Below are positions 47,601-54,736 of a stretch of 64,000 nucleotides of DNA, piece after piece. The first letter of the stretch is position 1; each line of letters begins with the position of its first letter. The notes under the pieces were generated by a model that did not search any database, had not been told where the DNA came from, and saw only the letters and a list, made by a program, of their open reading frames with translations. Both the position numbers and the translations under genes were made by a program. The DNA is from a virus (lineage: Duplodnaviria; Caudoviricetes), in the IMG/VR virus record IMGVR_UViG_3300037589_000163, positions 1 through 64,000 of that record; one strand, 5' to 3'.

Positions 47601-49243
47601 CGTATGATGGATCTTCGGCCGATCGGACCCGCGGCAAACGAGCCTACTACTTTGCTCCGGTGTCGAGCCAGGCACCCTTCAGCCAGGGTGTCATGCAGAC
47701 CGTTCACCAAACGGTGTCCGGTATTGATCCGGAAACAGGTTTCACGATCGGAGAAGTGATGGGTGGTCGCATCGAGAATATCGATGTGGTGAAAATCATT
47801 GCTCGTCAGGTTGGAAACCAGAAGACAACCAACGAAAATCTTCTCCCTGTTTTTGGAGATAATGGGGAGATCGTGGCTTTCGAAAGGGGTGCTGATGTTT
47901 CGAAGCTCCAGGGGCTGAACCGCAGCACGGATCTGTCGCAGATGATTGGTGTTTGGCGTGGTCGTCAGGCGGAAGAGCTTCTTGCAACGGAAGTGAACAA
48001 GCAGCTCGTCGACGCCCTGAAAGACACCTGGGAAGAAGGCCGCAAGGCCGGTCGGAAAGATGAGTTCGTGAACATCGCTGCTCTTGGTTCAAAGAAGAGC
48101 GATGACCGCATCCTTTCGGAAGCAGCTCGTCTCATTCCGAACCAGACCAGGGATTACATCAAGGAAGTCTTCGGTGGCGATCAGTTCATGGTTCGCAGGG
48201 ACATGCTGCTTGACACATTCGGAGCCCGCCAGGCTTCGGTGGGTGATCTGTTTACCGGTAAGACCCGGTGGAACCAGAAGGTCGTCAATGAGTTCGAGAA
48301 GGTCGCTGTAGGCATTTTCGGAAAGCATGCCTATGTCGGAGCTGTCTCGGCCGAGAAGAACATCCAGGAGCTTGTCTCGAACGCCAAGACCATGATTGTG
48401 GTCAAGTCCGGTATCGTGCCGGCAGCGAACATGATCTCGAACCTGTTTCAGTTGCTCAACCGCGGTGTTCCGCTTCGCCATATCCTGGCCGGCGTTCCTG
48501 CAAAGACGGTGGAGATCAACTCCTATATCAAGAACAGGCACAGGGAGATCGGTATCGAAGCCGATCTACGTGCAGCAATGGGTCGTCGTGACCTGGTTCA
48601 GATAAGGCGCCTGGAGAACCAGTTGAAAGGAATCCAGGACGGTTATCGTCGGATGAGCATCTGGCCGTTGATTGAAGCGGGTGAGTTTTCCGCAATTTCA
48701 AATGGACAGGTGACTGCCGAAGATCTGGCCGTGGCCGATGGCAAGTGGACTGATTGGATCGAGAACAAGATCAACACACTGCCTGGCGGTTTCCGTACAG
48801 CTGCACGATATGGGTTAATCACCCGGGACACTGCCTTGTTCCAGGGTCTGGCCAAAGCGGTTCAGTACGGAGATTTCGTGGCAAAGGCAGTGCTCTACGA
48901 CGACATGACGCGCCGCAAAAAAGCCAAGAAAGAAGACGCTATCGCCACGGTGAACGAGGCTTTCGTCAACTACAACAAGTTGGCCGGCCGGGATCGTCAA
49001 TACCTGGAAAGCGTTGGGCTCCTGTGGTTCTGGAACTACAAGATCCGGATCATGAAGGAAGCAGTTCACATGCTCCGACACAATCCTCTGAGGTCCCTGT
49101 TGATGACAGGGGTACCGGTGGGAACTCCCGTAGGAGACAACATCGTCTCTGTCATCCTGGAAGATCGACTTGGATGGTCGATAGGACCTGGAATGGGGTG
49201 GAACAGTGTGAGCCTCAACCCCTGGATCAACCTTACACGTTGA
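38603..49243 (+). CDS. Virion-encapsidated RNA polymerase (N4 gp50-like vRNAP)
   Basis: 3546 aa, no Cys seen; motif A EADGKTNGP, motif B RGLTKNPLTITIYGSG, motif C VFDG. Confidence 0.96.
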   Translation: MVDKVNPALSAKGPRVASQPETVSEAQKLLQDIAQINQATSDPNAMAAMNISRERGNSLTGDNAVIQDYSTLTPVQFQNRYGMDAYDQMVAAGIGAAHARDLAGSSRDLGQIARDSALDVANGALGGIGGLNDFLIRGTVAGPIGDRLLQKNAENVQGGREFIDSFKTTPTKRLDYVDSIRTELDRIDNEKLTKQDASDDQGIVDSFRTYGKSILRDAGAGVERYAEDPSRLGSDVGEGVGSLLLGGAASKALSVGASGVVRATAPTSATSRFGAEAVDAAIQRAAFPLSIGAMEGGGASTQAILEVMEMPEEALLEQPAYQEMLSEGLSPADARSRLAARSGAIAASIAAPVAAATSKLVSRFEQAPFSGGSGSVVGNSAREFVEEGIQSGAGELAGNIGLKFSGADQDASLVEGVGSASVQGAIAGAGTAGAIQGPSAVLRNAAKAAGSTFKFAGDTVKKRGEKILANISKESAVSEESLAPALEAATTQATSVGEGLRKLATENSTNDASVEDYISRVERAVQTDEQDLYLIPDSMGPVLTQIQQETGRVPNRFETLTVAAATANNEALSQEERVAAATFLLKHIENNKKLFTEDFPEFLDNVPHDRPEFQAFEGYAGILSTIEQVPAIQQAIGWARQEMQAPESDVSKVDLNSDDGRKIVERTVELATVAPQAINLKAAEDILFQADEGTLNLSPERRRILRGATSLINAARAYAAQVRVMEPGVLEEQSEDLQQELDETRDRDEMMEFIGRQIEKDGGPKAHQTSLRDHVAGISLAASQGDMKTARRKAQRLVMFAMSHANKVSALSQSIRNGDGKNVPYKALAASDEFYTNKKGVGVRIGNPGSERFARKVQAEAMAIAQLANDISNQYPEFGLRQVEVSDLGLQNVEVGQREPAPAEQTELPQATTAEQVQVRQEELPLPRSQPAQEPSQATSEETSVDASSTVAAEKVVSETVDEATAGPEDTGSGPAAASTSTELQGGYYPAEVTDQSSDRVSELLDGVSEDVDYRPTTAEEYPDLVAPNGNNWFHKSFRSPENLKSRVVWLTNPIKDFKRILSKSSELVSFMGNPDLRYDVNGQDAAGFRKLLSLADPALEAIENRLKARLKKDGLLEKIGQGLEVNRFRDLRVLNLMRQDGTGYNTQLVETAVIAGLDWAINMSSRAARMTVSEVASIMGVDEADAAPYVEEFNRGMSMDIAKRSLADRIVQFWGVEPEKSARDGLTKGIPEAMAAEVLHGLEAAGLLELGIEKKDGEDKRLAFPHLTEKKFNRVLFDTRTEEMEGLIRSLDGKHDLLADMVLVNREVEDFSIGEPVTDIDQRQLRNPMVALSNQQKKTLEHVQSTPYFPNQVVYDFYQTLGEEAYVTMMSGHPYQKGDLEKTHVEMGLNRIHWESIKGRQRGLVSDFRNVTKQMTAVRRKGENVPTYYKHHINKLGRTQMAGLSNPQTSKLAREIFMPTRSELDLSENAPDMDKFLMTVGQGIGLKTEKETRADIVIKVMEKTMTEGGEFYQTVQNLKSWLQQRENDQGQDIDLGVFEDLRSHGLSDHGLHSLIAVARYELASETGGDLSKFEVFNYLEADGKTNGPINALMTLAAGKITPAWLNAVGKGGAFFGRLNKTLNSHEDKVDLYEESSTETQVQIVELNAALAESDESSHELFIRFKRFLSALEANVEIDSNGEITIKRGLTKNPLTITIYGSGAKGIAGKVTDEIVNAIYENLSKSIQDGKHAGELIYGDGKGSDFMSDLVELTSKVVLRSKDSEEYFVMGETKEIGGSSQNFTFNREQYSNLRQNVLTFLVNPMRLAIDKKVTGHVGRTTSAVQQATQIQSIFLKGMTIDKVTRRLAEMKNDPDKFSYREGEFLNRNEQQDIQDNLKRFSPIIDTGTQAYMMSGGERSDLFEKTVVDIDGKPVEVTMPETFSRSLSGDMKTPAYFYGPTLAGVRAIPTLVVGSGDGQMMLNFLSGNPEAARRVLHVFDGLNMPADAIDDYSRLVNQAVFQTWTSDKNPVRAAYESFKAFVEASPIEELFPGDQMNDQQKQALLELSQVALDRFEVAEGDIIDTETVSQLLNLTLDRLERLANETDARRQVYAEFDLSVDQMASGESPFVNEGSIKLEENTSIEDIAYEMQARYEEILTNQTKPKTEKTSVSGVESPNQKLEEFIQSVANTNENGALVLDPDQLSAMPDKILNSSQKQVLSAAVKSLAGAGYRLVFGTPSVLDAWEQANNADRFLPGSNNGYGKIDPISKVVLVSNTSGETLVHELVHAATFMKVKAAFEDPKAIPKEDLEAVARIEGLMAEWLAQDFSEFDEAAQDARRQAVATVEGYHRRGQTAQAVNEFMAWVLGNQNLSRAALLTKVKNPLAKIARNALAALKKLVFGTDKVDPVHDDLMSNLRFNTQVLMATPTPIELLRQDYNDMALYQSATFGNDQRISELRDLFGRKIIAWVKGSGTDVINRLQSSGRAVEALDAYKAGFNTARAFGYHFDGLGNMQANSTFASIQAALMTEMDLNSNSLSRIEELYNHVMGQLSPSSFQEKPDQNDPNDLYQAQGKFNVLSGIYINETDKLGRSSLMSSFLALAMVDDGFRKILAGMNKPENEQSQDRTLDGLLENAANAGLDRLSLYLAGEKKQDKSVQEALDSLTIAMIENVGDQRAFVEQQTETFFEQVEEKVANSIQETSARVAEKSADVARNSNSRTVKAGATIVNVFSTMINEQKSSDAMLGMVSWLNQKEGMELIRDTVGNFIGRTRENAGVFDMISKVRAQVQQVRQNFREDLPVKLSKEFSRPPTAKQWTAMYNALGRSDIASLVRSYGVGKTVDLVADTSKIDAEVQKLERQIQADNASRFPKIKEKSLQLAKFMMTGEHGPQLLRNAEAIARLLGERGLALRTAPSQELVESIDKLVTLYALQGLDDNSRADVTTLLGNTKDRSGVEFVTSYLVGQRNDELAKVGSNKTASFNHYKGHIPSEVQQGGSLRIASETSHAEMVSRGYTRVASYDGSSADRTRGKRAYYFAPVSSQAPFSQGVMQTVHQTVSGIDPETGFTIGEVMGGRIENIDVVKIIARQVGNQKTTNENLLPVFGDNGEIVAFERGADVSKLQGLNRSTDLSQMIGVWRGRQAEELLATEVNKQLVDALKDTWEEGRKAGRKDEFVNIAALGSKKSDDRILSEAARLIPNQTRDYIKEVFGGDQFMVRRDMLLDTFGARQASVGDLFTGKTRWNQKVVNEFEKVAVGIFGKHAYVGAVSAEKNIQELVSNAKTMIVVKSGIVPAANMISNLFQLLNRGVPLRHILAGVPAKTVEINSYIKNRHREIGIEADLRAAMGRRDLVQIRRLENQLKGIQDGYRRMSIWPLIEAGEFSAISNGQVTAEDLAVADGKWTDWIENKINTLPGGFRTAARYGLITRDTALFQGLAKAVQYGDFVAKAVLYDDMTRRKKAKKEDAIATVNEAFVNYNKLAGRDRQYLESVGLLWFWNYKIRIMKEAVHMLRHNPLRSLLMTGVPVGTPVGDNIVSVILEDRLGWSIGPGMGWNSVSLNPWINLTR

Positions 49244-49267
49244 TCCAGGTTGAGGGCGCTGTTTCGA

Positions 49268-49624
49268 CTATTCAGGGAGCGGCGAAAACTTTGGCTTTGC
49301 CGCCTGCTTGGCTCTGATCTTTTCGACCTTGGTCCAGCATCGATCTAGCTCGATGTGACCGGCCTCAATCATGTCGATATCTCGAGCAAGGCAGAGAGCC
49401 GCGAGAGTGTTCATGACGCCGCCGACCTCCTGCTTAATCTCGCCTTGGTCTCGCCCATAGACGTAATCGACCAACTGCAAGGCTTCCTCTTTCGTGCAGT
49501 CACACGCCTGAGCAAGCTCCAGAGCCTCCTCCAAAAAGCGGTGATTTCGTTCTGTCTCATCCCGAGCAATCACTATGCCGAAGCATGCGATTAGCCACCG
49601 ATCAACGCGCTCTTGAAATTTCAT
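49268..49624 (-). CDS. MazG-like NTP pyrophosphatase
   Basis: RFLEEALEL and QEVGGV acidic helices. Confidence 0.6.
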   Translation of the reverse strand: MKFQERVDRWLIACFGIVIARDETERNHRFLEEALELAQACDCTKEEALQLVDYVYGRDQGEIKQEVGGVMNTLAALCLARDIDMIEAGHIELDRCWTKVEKIRAKQAAKPKFSPLPE

Positions 49625-49848
49625 TTCAACCTCCTGATTAGTTGCGCCCGGATCAGATCCGGGCGCAGATAGATGCCGGGTTCTGTCGGGAATGGTGAAT
49701 TGGGATCGCCGTAGTAGATCAGCCCTTCTGCGGCCATGTCGCGCCGGACCATAGGTCCGATCGGATCATTGTCGTCATCGAATGCCTCTACTGAAAGCGG
49801 CCGCTGGCCAGTGTTGTTGATGTAATCGACGTACTTTTGATGCTTCAC
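49621..49848 (-). CDS. Hypothetical protein
   Basis: 75 aa, ATGA overlap. Confidence 0.5.
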   Translation of the reverse strand: MKHQKYVDYINNTGQRPLSVEAFDDDNDPIGPMVRRDMAAEGLIYYGDPNSPFPTEPGIYLRPDLIRAQLIRRLK

Positions 49849-49873
49849 GTTAGCCTCCGGGCTAGTTGGGTTG

Positions 49874-50413
49874 TTACGGTGCGAGATCTTTGAATCGCGC
49901 TAAGAACCGCATTTCCGCCATTTCTGGTGACCAGAATTTGACCTTCACCGGTGCAGCTTCTAGCTCATAGGTGTAACGCCATTTGTGGTTGTTACCCATT
50001 ACTTGTTGCTGCTCGGCTGCCAGCATCCGAATGTCCATTTCCTTGACTGCCGGCGACATCTTTGCCGGAAGACCAAAGCGATCCGCAATTGCTGCTTCGA
50101 CACGATCCTCGACAGCCATGTAATCCGGCAACATCATCTTCAGCGGTTTCGGCATATCGCAGATGAAAGCTTCTGCGGCATCATGCATCAACGCCTGGAA
50201 GGCGAGATCAGCCGGCATACAGTCGCTCATGAGAACGCAATGCTCCGCAACCGAATAGAAGCGCTGGCACTGTCCACCGAAACGGCAGGTGTTCGACAAT
50301 CCCTTGGCAATATCTCCAATGGAGAAATTGCTCTGATCGGGACGATCGTAATTGAAATAGACACCGCTCGAAAGCAGGATCGTCGGCCCATTGTTATGTG
50401 ACATATCGTCCAT
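49874..50413 (-). CDS. HD-domain phosphohydrolase (YfbR/YfdR-like 5'-deoxynucleotidase)
   Basis: IAKGLSNTCRFGG, YSVAEH, LMHDAAEA. Confidence 0.88.
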   Translation of the reverse strand: MDDMSHNNGPTILLSSGVYFNYDRPDQSNFSIGDIAKGLSNTCRFGGQCQRFYSVAEHCVLMSDCMPADLAFQALMHDAAEAFICDMPKPLKMMLPDYMAVEDRVEAAIADRFGLPAKMSPAVKEMDIRMLAAEQQQVMGNNHKWRYTYELEAAPVKVKFWSPEMAEMRFLARFKDLAP

Positions 50414-50437
50414 TGTTGGCCTCCGGCCTTTTCTGAA

Positions 50438-50692
50438 TCAGGTTGAGTAATCGAGGACAAACAGTCGTTCGGCATCGATCGGAACTGCGAGTGTGCCTGT
50501 GAAGTCATCTCCGGCCATACCTGGACCTGATTGGTTCACCCACTCTGTTTGAACTCCGTCGAAGTCGCTTTCTTGCTCTTCAAATTTCGAGAAATCGAAA
50601 TCCTCCCGACGCACCAAACGTGGGAAGTAAACGTGTCCATTGACGTTCATTTCATCGCATACTGCGGCGATGATGCTGATTGGGTCTTTCAT
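50438..50692 (-). CDS. Hypothetical protein
   Basis: Likely start MKDPISII; WVNQSG..GDDFTG. Confidence 0.5.
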   Translation of the reverse strand: MKDPISIIAAVCDEMNVNGHVYFPRLVRREDFDFSKFEEQESDFDGVQTEWVNQSGPGMAGDDFTGTLAVPIDAERLFVLDYST

Positions 50693-50705
50693 GATCAGCT
50701 CCGGT

Positions 50706-50918
50706 TCAGTTGATCTGTTGAGGTGCAGCATCGCAACGGCCGACACAAAGCCAGACGTCGCCGTAATCCATGCTGGCAACGGCGATCGCACCAAGCATGA
50801 ACCAGAATGCTGCTGTGCGAACGGAGGGCCAAGGATCAAATGAATTGGCTGTTTTTCTCAGCTCAGCAGCGATCACTTTTGGATCGCAGTTTGTCATCTC
50901 GGCTTTGTAATTAGCCAT
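50706..50918 (-). CDS. Small membrane protein
   Basis: 70 aa, one TM segment. Confidence 0.45.
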   Translation of the reverse strand: MANYKAEMTNCDPKVIAAELRKTANSFDPWPSVRTAAFWFMLGAIAVASMDYGDVWLCVGRCDAAPQQIN

Positions 50919-50979
50919 GATTTGCCTTTCCTCCTGGATCAGGCCATAAACTGGCCTTCGTTTTCAGGAGATGGTTGAT

Positions 50980-51369
50980 ATGAATCGTTTGTTGGTGTTT
51001 GTAGTTGTCGTCTTGTCAGGGTGCTCGACGACATCAGATCCAGCTCCTCAGTTTGTTCCAGAGCACGGTCAATATTATATGACCGGTGATCCCAGGTGCG
51101 TGACAAGAGCTGCCTCGAAAGAACAAGCTTTCATTGCATGCTACGACAACAAAGGAACCATGACTGAGAAGCGCCGTCCTCTGACAGAAACAGAGCTGGC
51201 TTTCTACATGAGCTCTCAATCCAGTCGAAATTACCAGGCTCCAATTGCCGGGCCGTCGCCAGTGATCAGTTATCCGACGATGCAAACCCCTGCGGTAGCG
51301 GCAATTGACCCCCTTGGAGGCAGAAGGATCAATTGCATTTCCACAGGGGTTCACACGAGTTGCCGGTGA
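50980..51369 (+). CDS. Lipoprotein moron, antisense to the flanking operon
   Basis: Signal peptide MNRLLVFVVVVLSG-C with lipobox; CAGGAG RBS; 5 Cys; own downstream stem. Confidence 0.7.
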   Translation: MNRLLVFVVVVLSGCSTTSDPAPQFVPEHGQYYMTGDPRCVTRAASKEQAFIACYDNKGTMTEKRRPLTETELAFYMSSQSSRNYQAPIAGPSPVISYPTMQTPAVAAIDPLGGRRINCISTGVHTSCR

Positions 51370-51395
51370 CGTGTGATCGACGTCAACGGCCTCTA

Positions 51396-51427
51396 ACACC
51401 CCTCCTAGACGAGGATGAAAGGGGTGT
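51396..51427. terminator. Stem between the convergent lipoprotein and dut genes
   Basis: ACACCCCT...AGGGGTGT inverted repeat. Confidence 0.45.
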
Positions 51428-51433
51428 ATCTGC

Positions 51434-51853
51434 TTAACGGCCGGTCGAGCCGAAGCCGCCTTCACCGCGGATTGACGGATTGAGATCCTGGACCACAAGG
51501 AATTGAGCCTGAAAAACAGGAGCCAGGATCATCTGAGCAATGCGGTCGCCTCTTTTCAGCCTGATCGGGAAGTTGTGAATGTTGTGGAGCATGACATGGA
51601 CTTCCCCACGGTAGTCGCTGTCGATCGTTGCCGGGGCATTCGGCATGATAAGTCCTTTTTTGCCTATGCTCGAACGCACCCGAAGCTGAACCTCGAATCC
51701 TGGGGGGATCTCGAGAGCGAATCGACAAGGAATGGTGACTGTCTCGCCAGGGTGTATCTCCCAGTCTACCGGAAGAAAGATGTCAGCGCCGGCAGATCCA
51801 CTCGTGGCGTAAACCGGAACCTGAACATCCAGGTTGAAAGGTTTGATTTTCAT
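51434..51853 (-). CDS. dut: Trimeric dUTPase
   Basis: AGADI, RSSIGKKG, TIDSDYRGE, RIAQMI, RGEGGFGSTG motifs. Confidence 0.95.
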   Translation of the reverse strand: MKIKPFNLDVQVPVYATSGSAGADIFLPVDWEIHPGETVTIPCRFALEIPPGFEVQLRVRSSIGKKGLIMPNAPATIDSDYRGEVHVMLHNIHNFPIRLKRGDRIAQMILAPVFQAQFLVVQDLNPSIRGEGGFGSTGR

Positions 51854-51893
51854 CAACATTTGTTGGCTTTCGGTTAAAGAGCCAGGTGGCCCT

Positions 51894-52058
51894 TTAAGAA
51901 GGGCCACCCAGATCTTTGTTGACCTTGATCATCACATAAGCTGCGAGGGCAACGCCGACGAAAATCATGAAGAGGATCAAGAAGGGCAGGATAGCGAGGA
52001 TTGCCAGGATCACCAGGATGGCAAGCCCTGCTACTGCCAGGGCTTTTATCGCATCCAT
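51894..52058 (-). CDS. 54-aa hydrophobic membrane protein MDAIKALAVAGLAILVILAIL...
   Basis: Manual translation; missed by the ORF track. Confidence 0.55.
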   Translation of the reverse strand: MDAIKALAVAGLAILVILAILAILPFLILFMIFVGVALAAYVMIKVNKDLGGPS

Positions 52059-52064
52059 GACGGA

Positions 52065-52583
52065 TCAGGCCTTGGCGCCGGGACGTGTCAGGTTGGCGAA
52101 CAGGGAAGTTGCCGGCTTGGCGTCATCCGATGCACTTGGATCCAGAGGAACAGAAGAAGATTCCTTGCTCGAAAAGATCTTCTGAGATTCGTTGGTTGCA
52201 GCAACCGGCTTGTCGTCTTCCTTCTTGGAAGGCTCATCGGCCTTGGTTTCAGCTTCCTGTTCAGGTTCAGGTTCCTTGGTGTCCTGTTCCTTTTCAGCCT
52301 TGGTGTCGGAAGTCTTTTCCTCCACCTCTTCGGACGGCTTTTCGTCCTCTTCGTTGACGTCGGCAACGTCGACTGCACGAGGAGTCCGACCACGCTTCTT
52401 GGGCTTGGGTCCACGCTTGGTCGTGTTTTCCTCGGGAGCACCGATACCGACGTAGACGACAACTTCGTCGCCGCTTGTGTCAAAGTCGAAGGAGAACTCC
52501 TGGCCGTCCTTGACGTTGATCTGGGAGAGAACCACGGTACGGATCGCGTCTTCGACCTCACTGTGGTTGAGAATGATTTGCAT
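52065..52583 (-). CDS. N4-like conserved protein with an acidic low-complexity tail
   Basis: MQIILNHSEVEDAI start; ends SLFANLTRP. Confidence 0.65.
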   Translation of the reverse strand: MQIILNHSEVEDAIRTVVLSQINVKDGQEFSFDFDTSGDEVVVYVGIGAPEENTTKRGPKPKKRGRTPRAVDVADVNEEDEKPSEEVEEKTSDTKAEKEQDTKEPEPEQEAETKADEPSKKEDDKPVAATNESQKIFSSKESSSVPLDPSASDDAKPATSLFANLTRPGAKA

Positions 52584-52588
52584 GTTCT

Positions 52589-53146
52589 TCACACCTCGTT
52601 GAAAATTCGCATTAGATTTTGGAACATGGGGGTTTTGACTCCCGAGTGGATGGCTGCGAGGGCATCCGCTATGTGTTCCGCCTGGTCCTGGACTTTCCCA
52701 GAATTGTTCCTGGGCAAATCGATGTCGGGGTAGAGATTGATGGCCTGGTCGATCATCATTCTCTTGGTGGCATTCCGGTCACTGGTGAATACCAACTTTG
52801 ATTCAAGGGCGGTGACTTCGATCAGAGGCACGCCCAAGGCACGGACAGCTCCCAGAACTCCAACACACATGCCGTAACTGGCCATGGCCCTTGCTGATTT
52901 GGATCCAACAGGAACCTCAACAAATATGACTTTGGCTTTCTGGGATGCGGGAATAACCACTTCACCTAGCTGCTCAGCCAGATAAAGGTCTTTGGAGTTC
53001 TGTCGAACCTGCTTCCCTTCTGGATCCTTCGGCCGCACGACCGATGTGCGGAGGATGTCCAGAATTCCTGAAGACAGATCCAGGGAGCCCTCGACAAGAC
53101 CCCAGTTTCTTAGGCTGGGGTCCATGCCGAGAACGTTGATCCGCAT
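52589..53146 (-). CDS. RuvC-like Holliday junction resolvase
   Basis: VLGMDPSLRNWG, FVEVP, EHIADA. Confidence 0.8.
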   Translation of the reverse strand: MRINVLGMDPSLRNWGLVEGSLDLSSGILDILRTSVVRPKDPEGKQVRQNSKDLYLAEQLGEVVIPASQKAKVIFVEVPVGSKSARAMASYGMCVGVLGAVRALGVPLIEVTALESKLVFTSDRNATKRMMIDQAINLYPDIDLPRNNSGKVQDQAEHIADALAAIHSGVKTPMFQNLMRIFNEV

Positions 53147-53155
53147 CGGCGCCGA

Positions 53156-53911
53156 TCAGTTGTTGAAGAGCGAGCCGGTGGGCTTTGCCGAGTTTGCCTG
53201 CGGCGGGCTGCCGGGACGGCCGCTCTTGCCCTGCTGTGCCGAAGAACCATCCTTGATCGAACGCTTGTCCCGGACTTTGCCGGAGTTGATTTCGACCCAG
53301 GCCGGGTAGAAGGCAGCGGTCTGGACGCCCTTCTTGGCTTCGGGGATGGTCAGGTTCGAGGGGTGGTGGAAAACCTTGTCGATGCAGTTTTCCTCGCGGG
53401 TGTCCGCGGTGTCCTCGTAGACGCCGGCCGAGTTCTTGGCCTGCTTGTTGACGAGCTGCTTCATGATACCGAGGCTGACCTGTTTGCCGAGCACTTCAAC
53501 CAGCATCTTGACGGTCGTCGGAACTTCCTTCTTGGCCTCGAAATCGTAAATGTTGACCACCTTCTCTTCGGACGGCTGTTCAGACAGAGGCTTGCCGGTG
53601 GTCGCCAGGCAGATGTCGTCGATCGTGGTGAAGCCGGGGAGAGGAACCTTCTTCGACTTGTCGTTCTTGTCGAGATAGAAGTTCTGGTTCTGTCGGTTGG
53701 TGACCCAGATGGTCTCTCGGTATTCCTTGCCCTGTGCGTCCTTGGCGGTCACTGTGACGGACCGGGCCTGGGAATTGGCAGCGTCGCCGGCGTAGAAAGA
53801 TGTGATGGTATAGAGATCAATGCCGCTTTCGCGGACGGAGAAATTCCCTCCGAGACGATCTTCGGCCTCTTCAAGGCCATCGTTTGTCAGATTGCCAAAC
53901 TCGTTGCTCAT
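53156..53911 (-). CDS. N4-like single-stranded DNA-binding protein (gp45-like)
   Basis: LPGFTTIDDICL, REENCIDKVFH, C-terminal SLF; synteny. Confidence 0.85.
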   Translation of the reverse strand: MSNEFGNLTNDGLEEAEDRLGGNFSVRESGIDLYTITSFYAGDAANSQARSVTVTAKDAQGKEYRETIWVTNRQNQNFYLDKNDKSKKVPLPGFTTIDDICLATTGKPLSEQPSEEKVVNIYDFEAKKEVPTTVKMLVEVLGKQVSLGIMKQLVNKQAKNSAGVYEDTADTREENCIDKVFHHPSNLTIPEAKKGVQTAAFYPAWVEINSGKVRDKRSIKDGSSAQQGKSGRPGSPPQANSAKPTGSLFNN

Positions 53912-53963
53912 CTGTTTTTCCTTTTATGAGATGTGGTTGTGTTTGGGACGTCGAATGTCCTGA

Positions 53964-54695
53964 TCAGTTTCCGTAGAATTTGTTCAGGTGTTGCAGGAGC
54001 AACCAGCAATCGTTGTCCATGTAGGTCTGTTCCCGAGAGAACATTCCCATCGGAGAGCGAATCCGCTCCCCAACTGTCTCCTTGGTCAGGCGTGTCTGAA
54101 AGACGTGCTTGTAGCCGAGGTCCCGATCTTCTTCCGTGATGGTGAGGAGATCGGATTGGTATTTCTCGAGCTCGATGATGCTGACCTTTTTGGCCGACAC
54201 CACGGTCGAGAAGTAAGCTTCGATGCCGTTGTTCTTGAGAGCTCCCTTGACGGGAACCACAGTCTGCATCTCGTGCTTGGCCTCGTTCAGTTCAGAGCGG
54301 GTATGGCCAAGAATGATGGTCGGTTTGCCGAAGCGGACAACCTGGTCCTGCATGAGGTTCTTAAAGAACTGGAAATACTGGGACCAGGCGGTCTGTGTGT
54401 TGGTGGATCCAACAACGTAGACGCTCTCGAACATCTCCATGAGGAAGGTGATTGTGTCGATGATGGAGCCATCCCAGTTTCCTGGATTTTCGATCGCTTC
54501 ATCGAGTGCGTGGTAGATCGTGTAAGGATCGGTGATCTTGAGTGTCTTGAACTTGTTGGCGAAAGGTAGACGTTTGCCTGCTTCGCAGTTCAGATACATC
54601 CAGTTTTCCTGGTTCGGTATGTTCCGCAGACTGGCTGATTTACCAGACGCAGACTCGCCCGAAACAAGAACGAGCTGTTCGTTCATGGCTTCCAT
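53964..54695 (-). CDS. AAA-family ATPase (N4 gp44-like)
   Basis: Walker A GESASGKS; IIDTITFL. Confidence 0.85.
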   Translation of the reverse strand: MEAMNEQLVLVSGESASGKSASLRNIPNQENWMYLNCEAGKRLPFANKFKTLKITDPYTIYHALDEAIENPGNWDGSIIDTITFLMEMFESVYVVGSTNTQTAWSQYFQFFKNLMQDQVVRFGKPTIILGHTRSELNEAKHEMQTVVPVKGALKNNGIEAYFSTVVSAKKVSIIELEKYQSDLLTITEEDRDLGYKHVFQTRLTKETVGERIRSPMGMFSREQTYMDNDCWLLLQHLNKFYGN

Positions 54696-54736
54696 GAGGT
54701 GTCCTCAAATTTTGGTTGGTGGGCAGGGGCCTGAGA

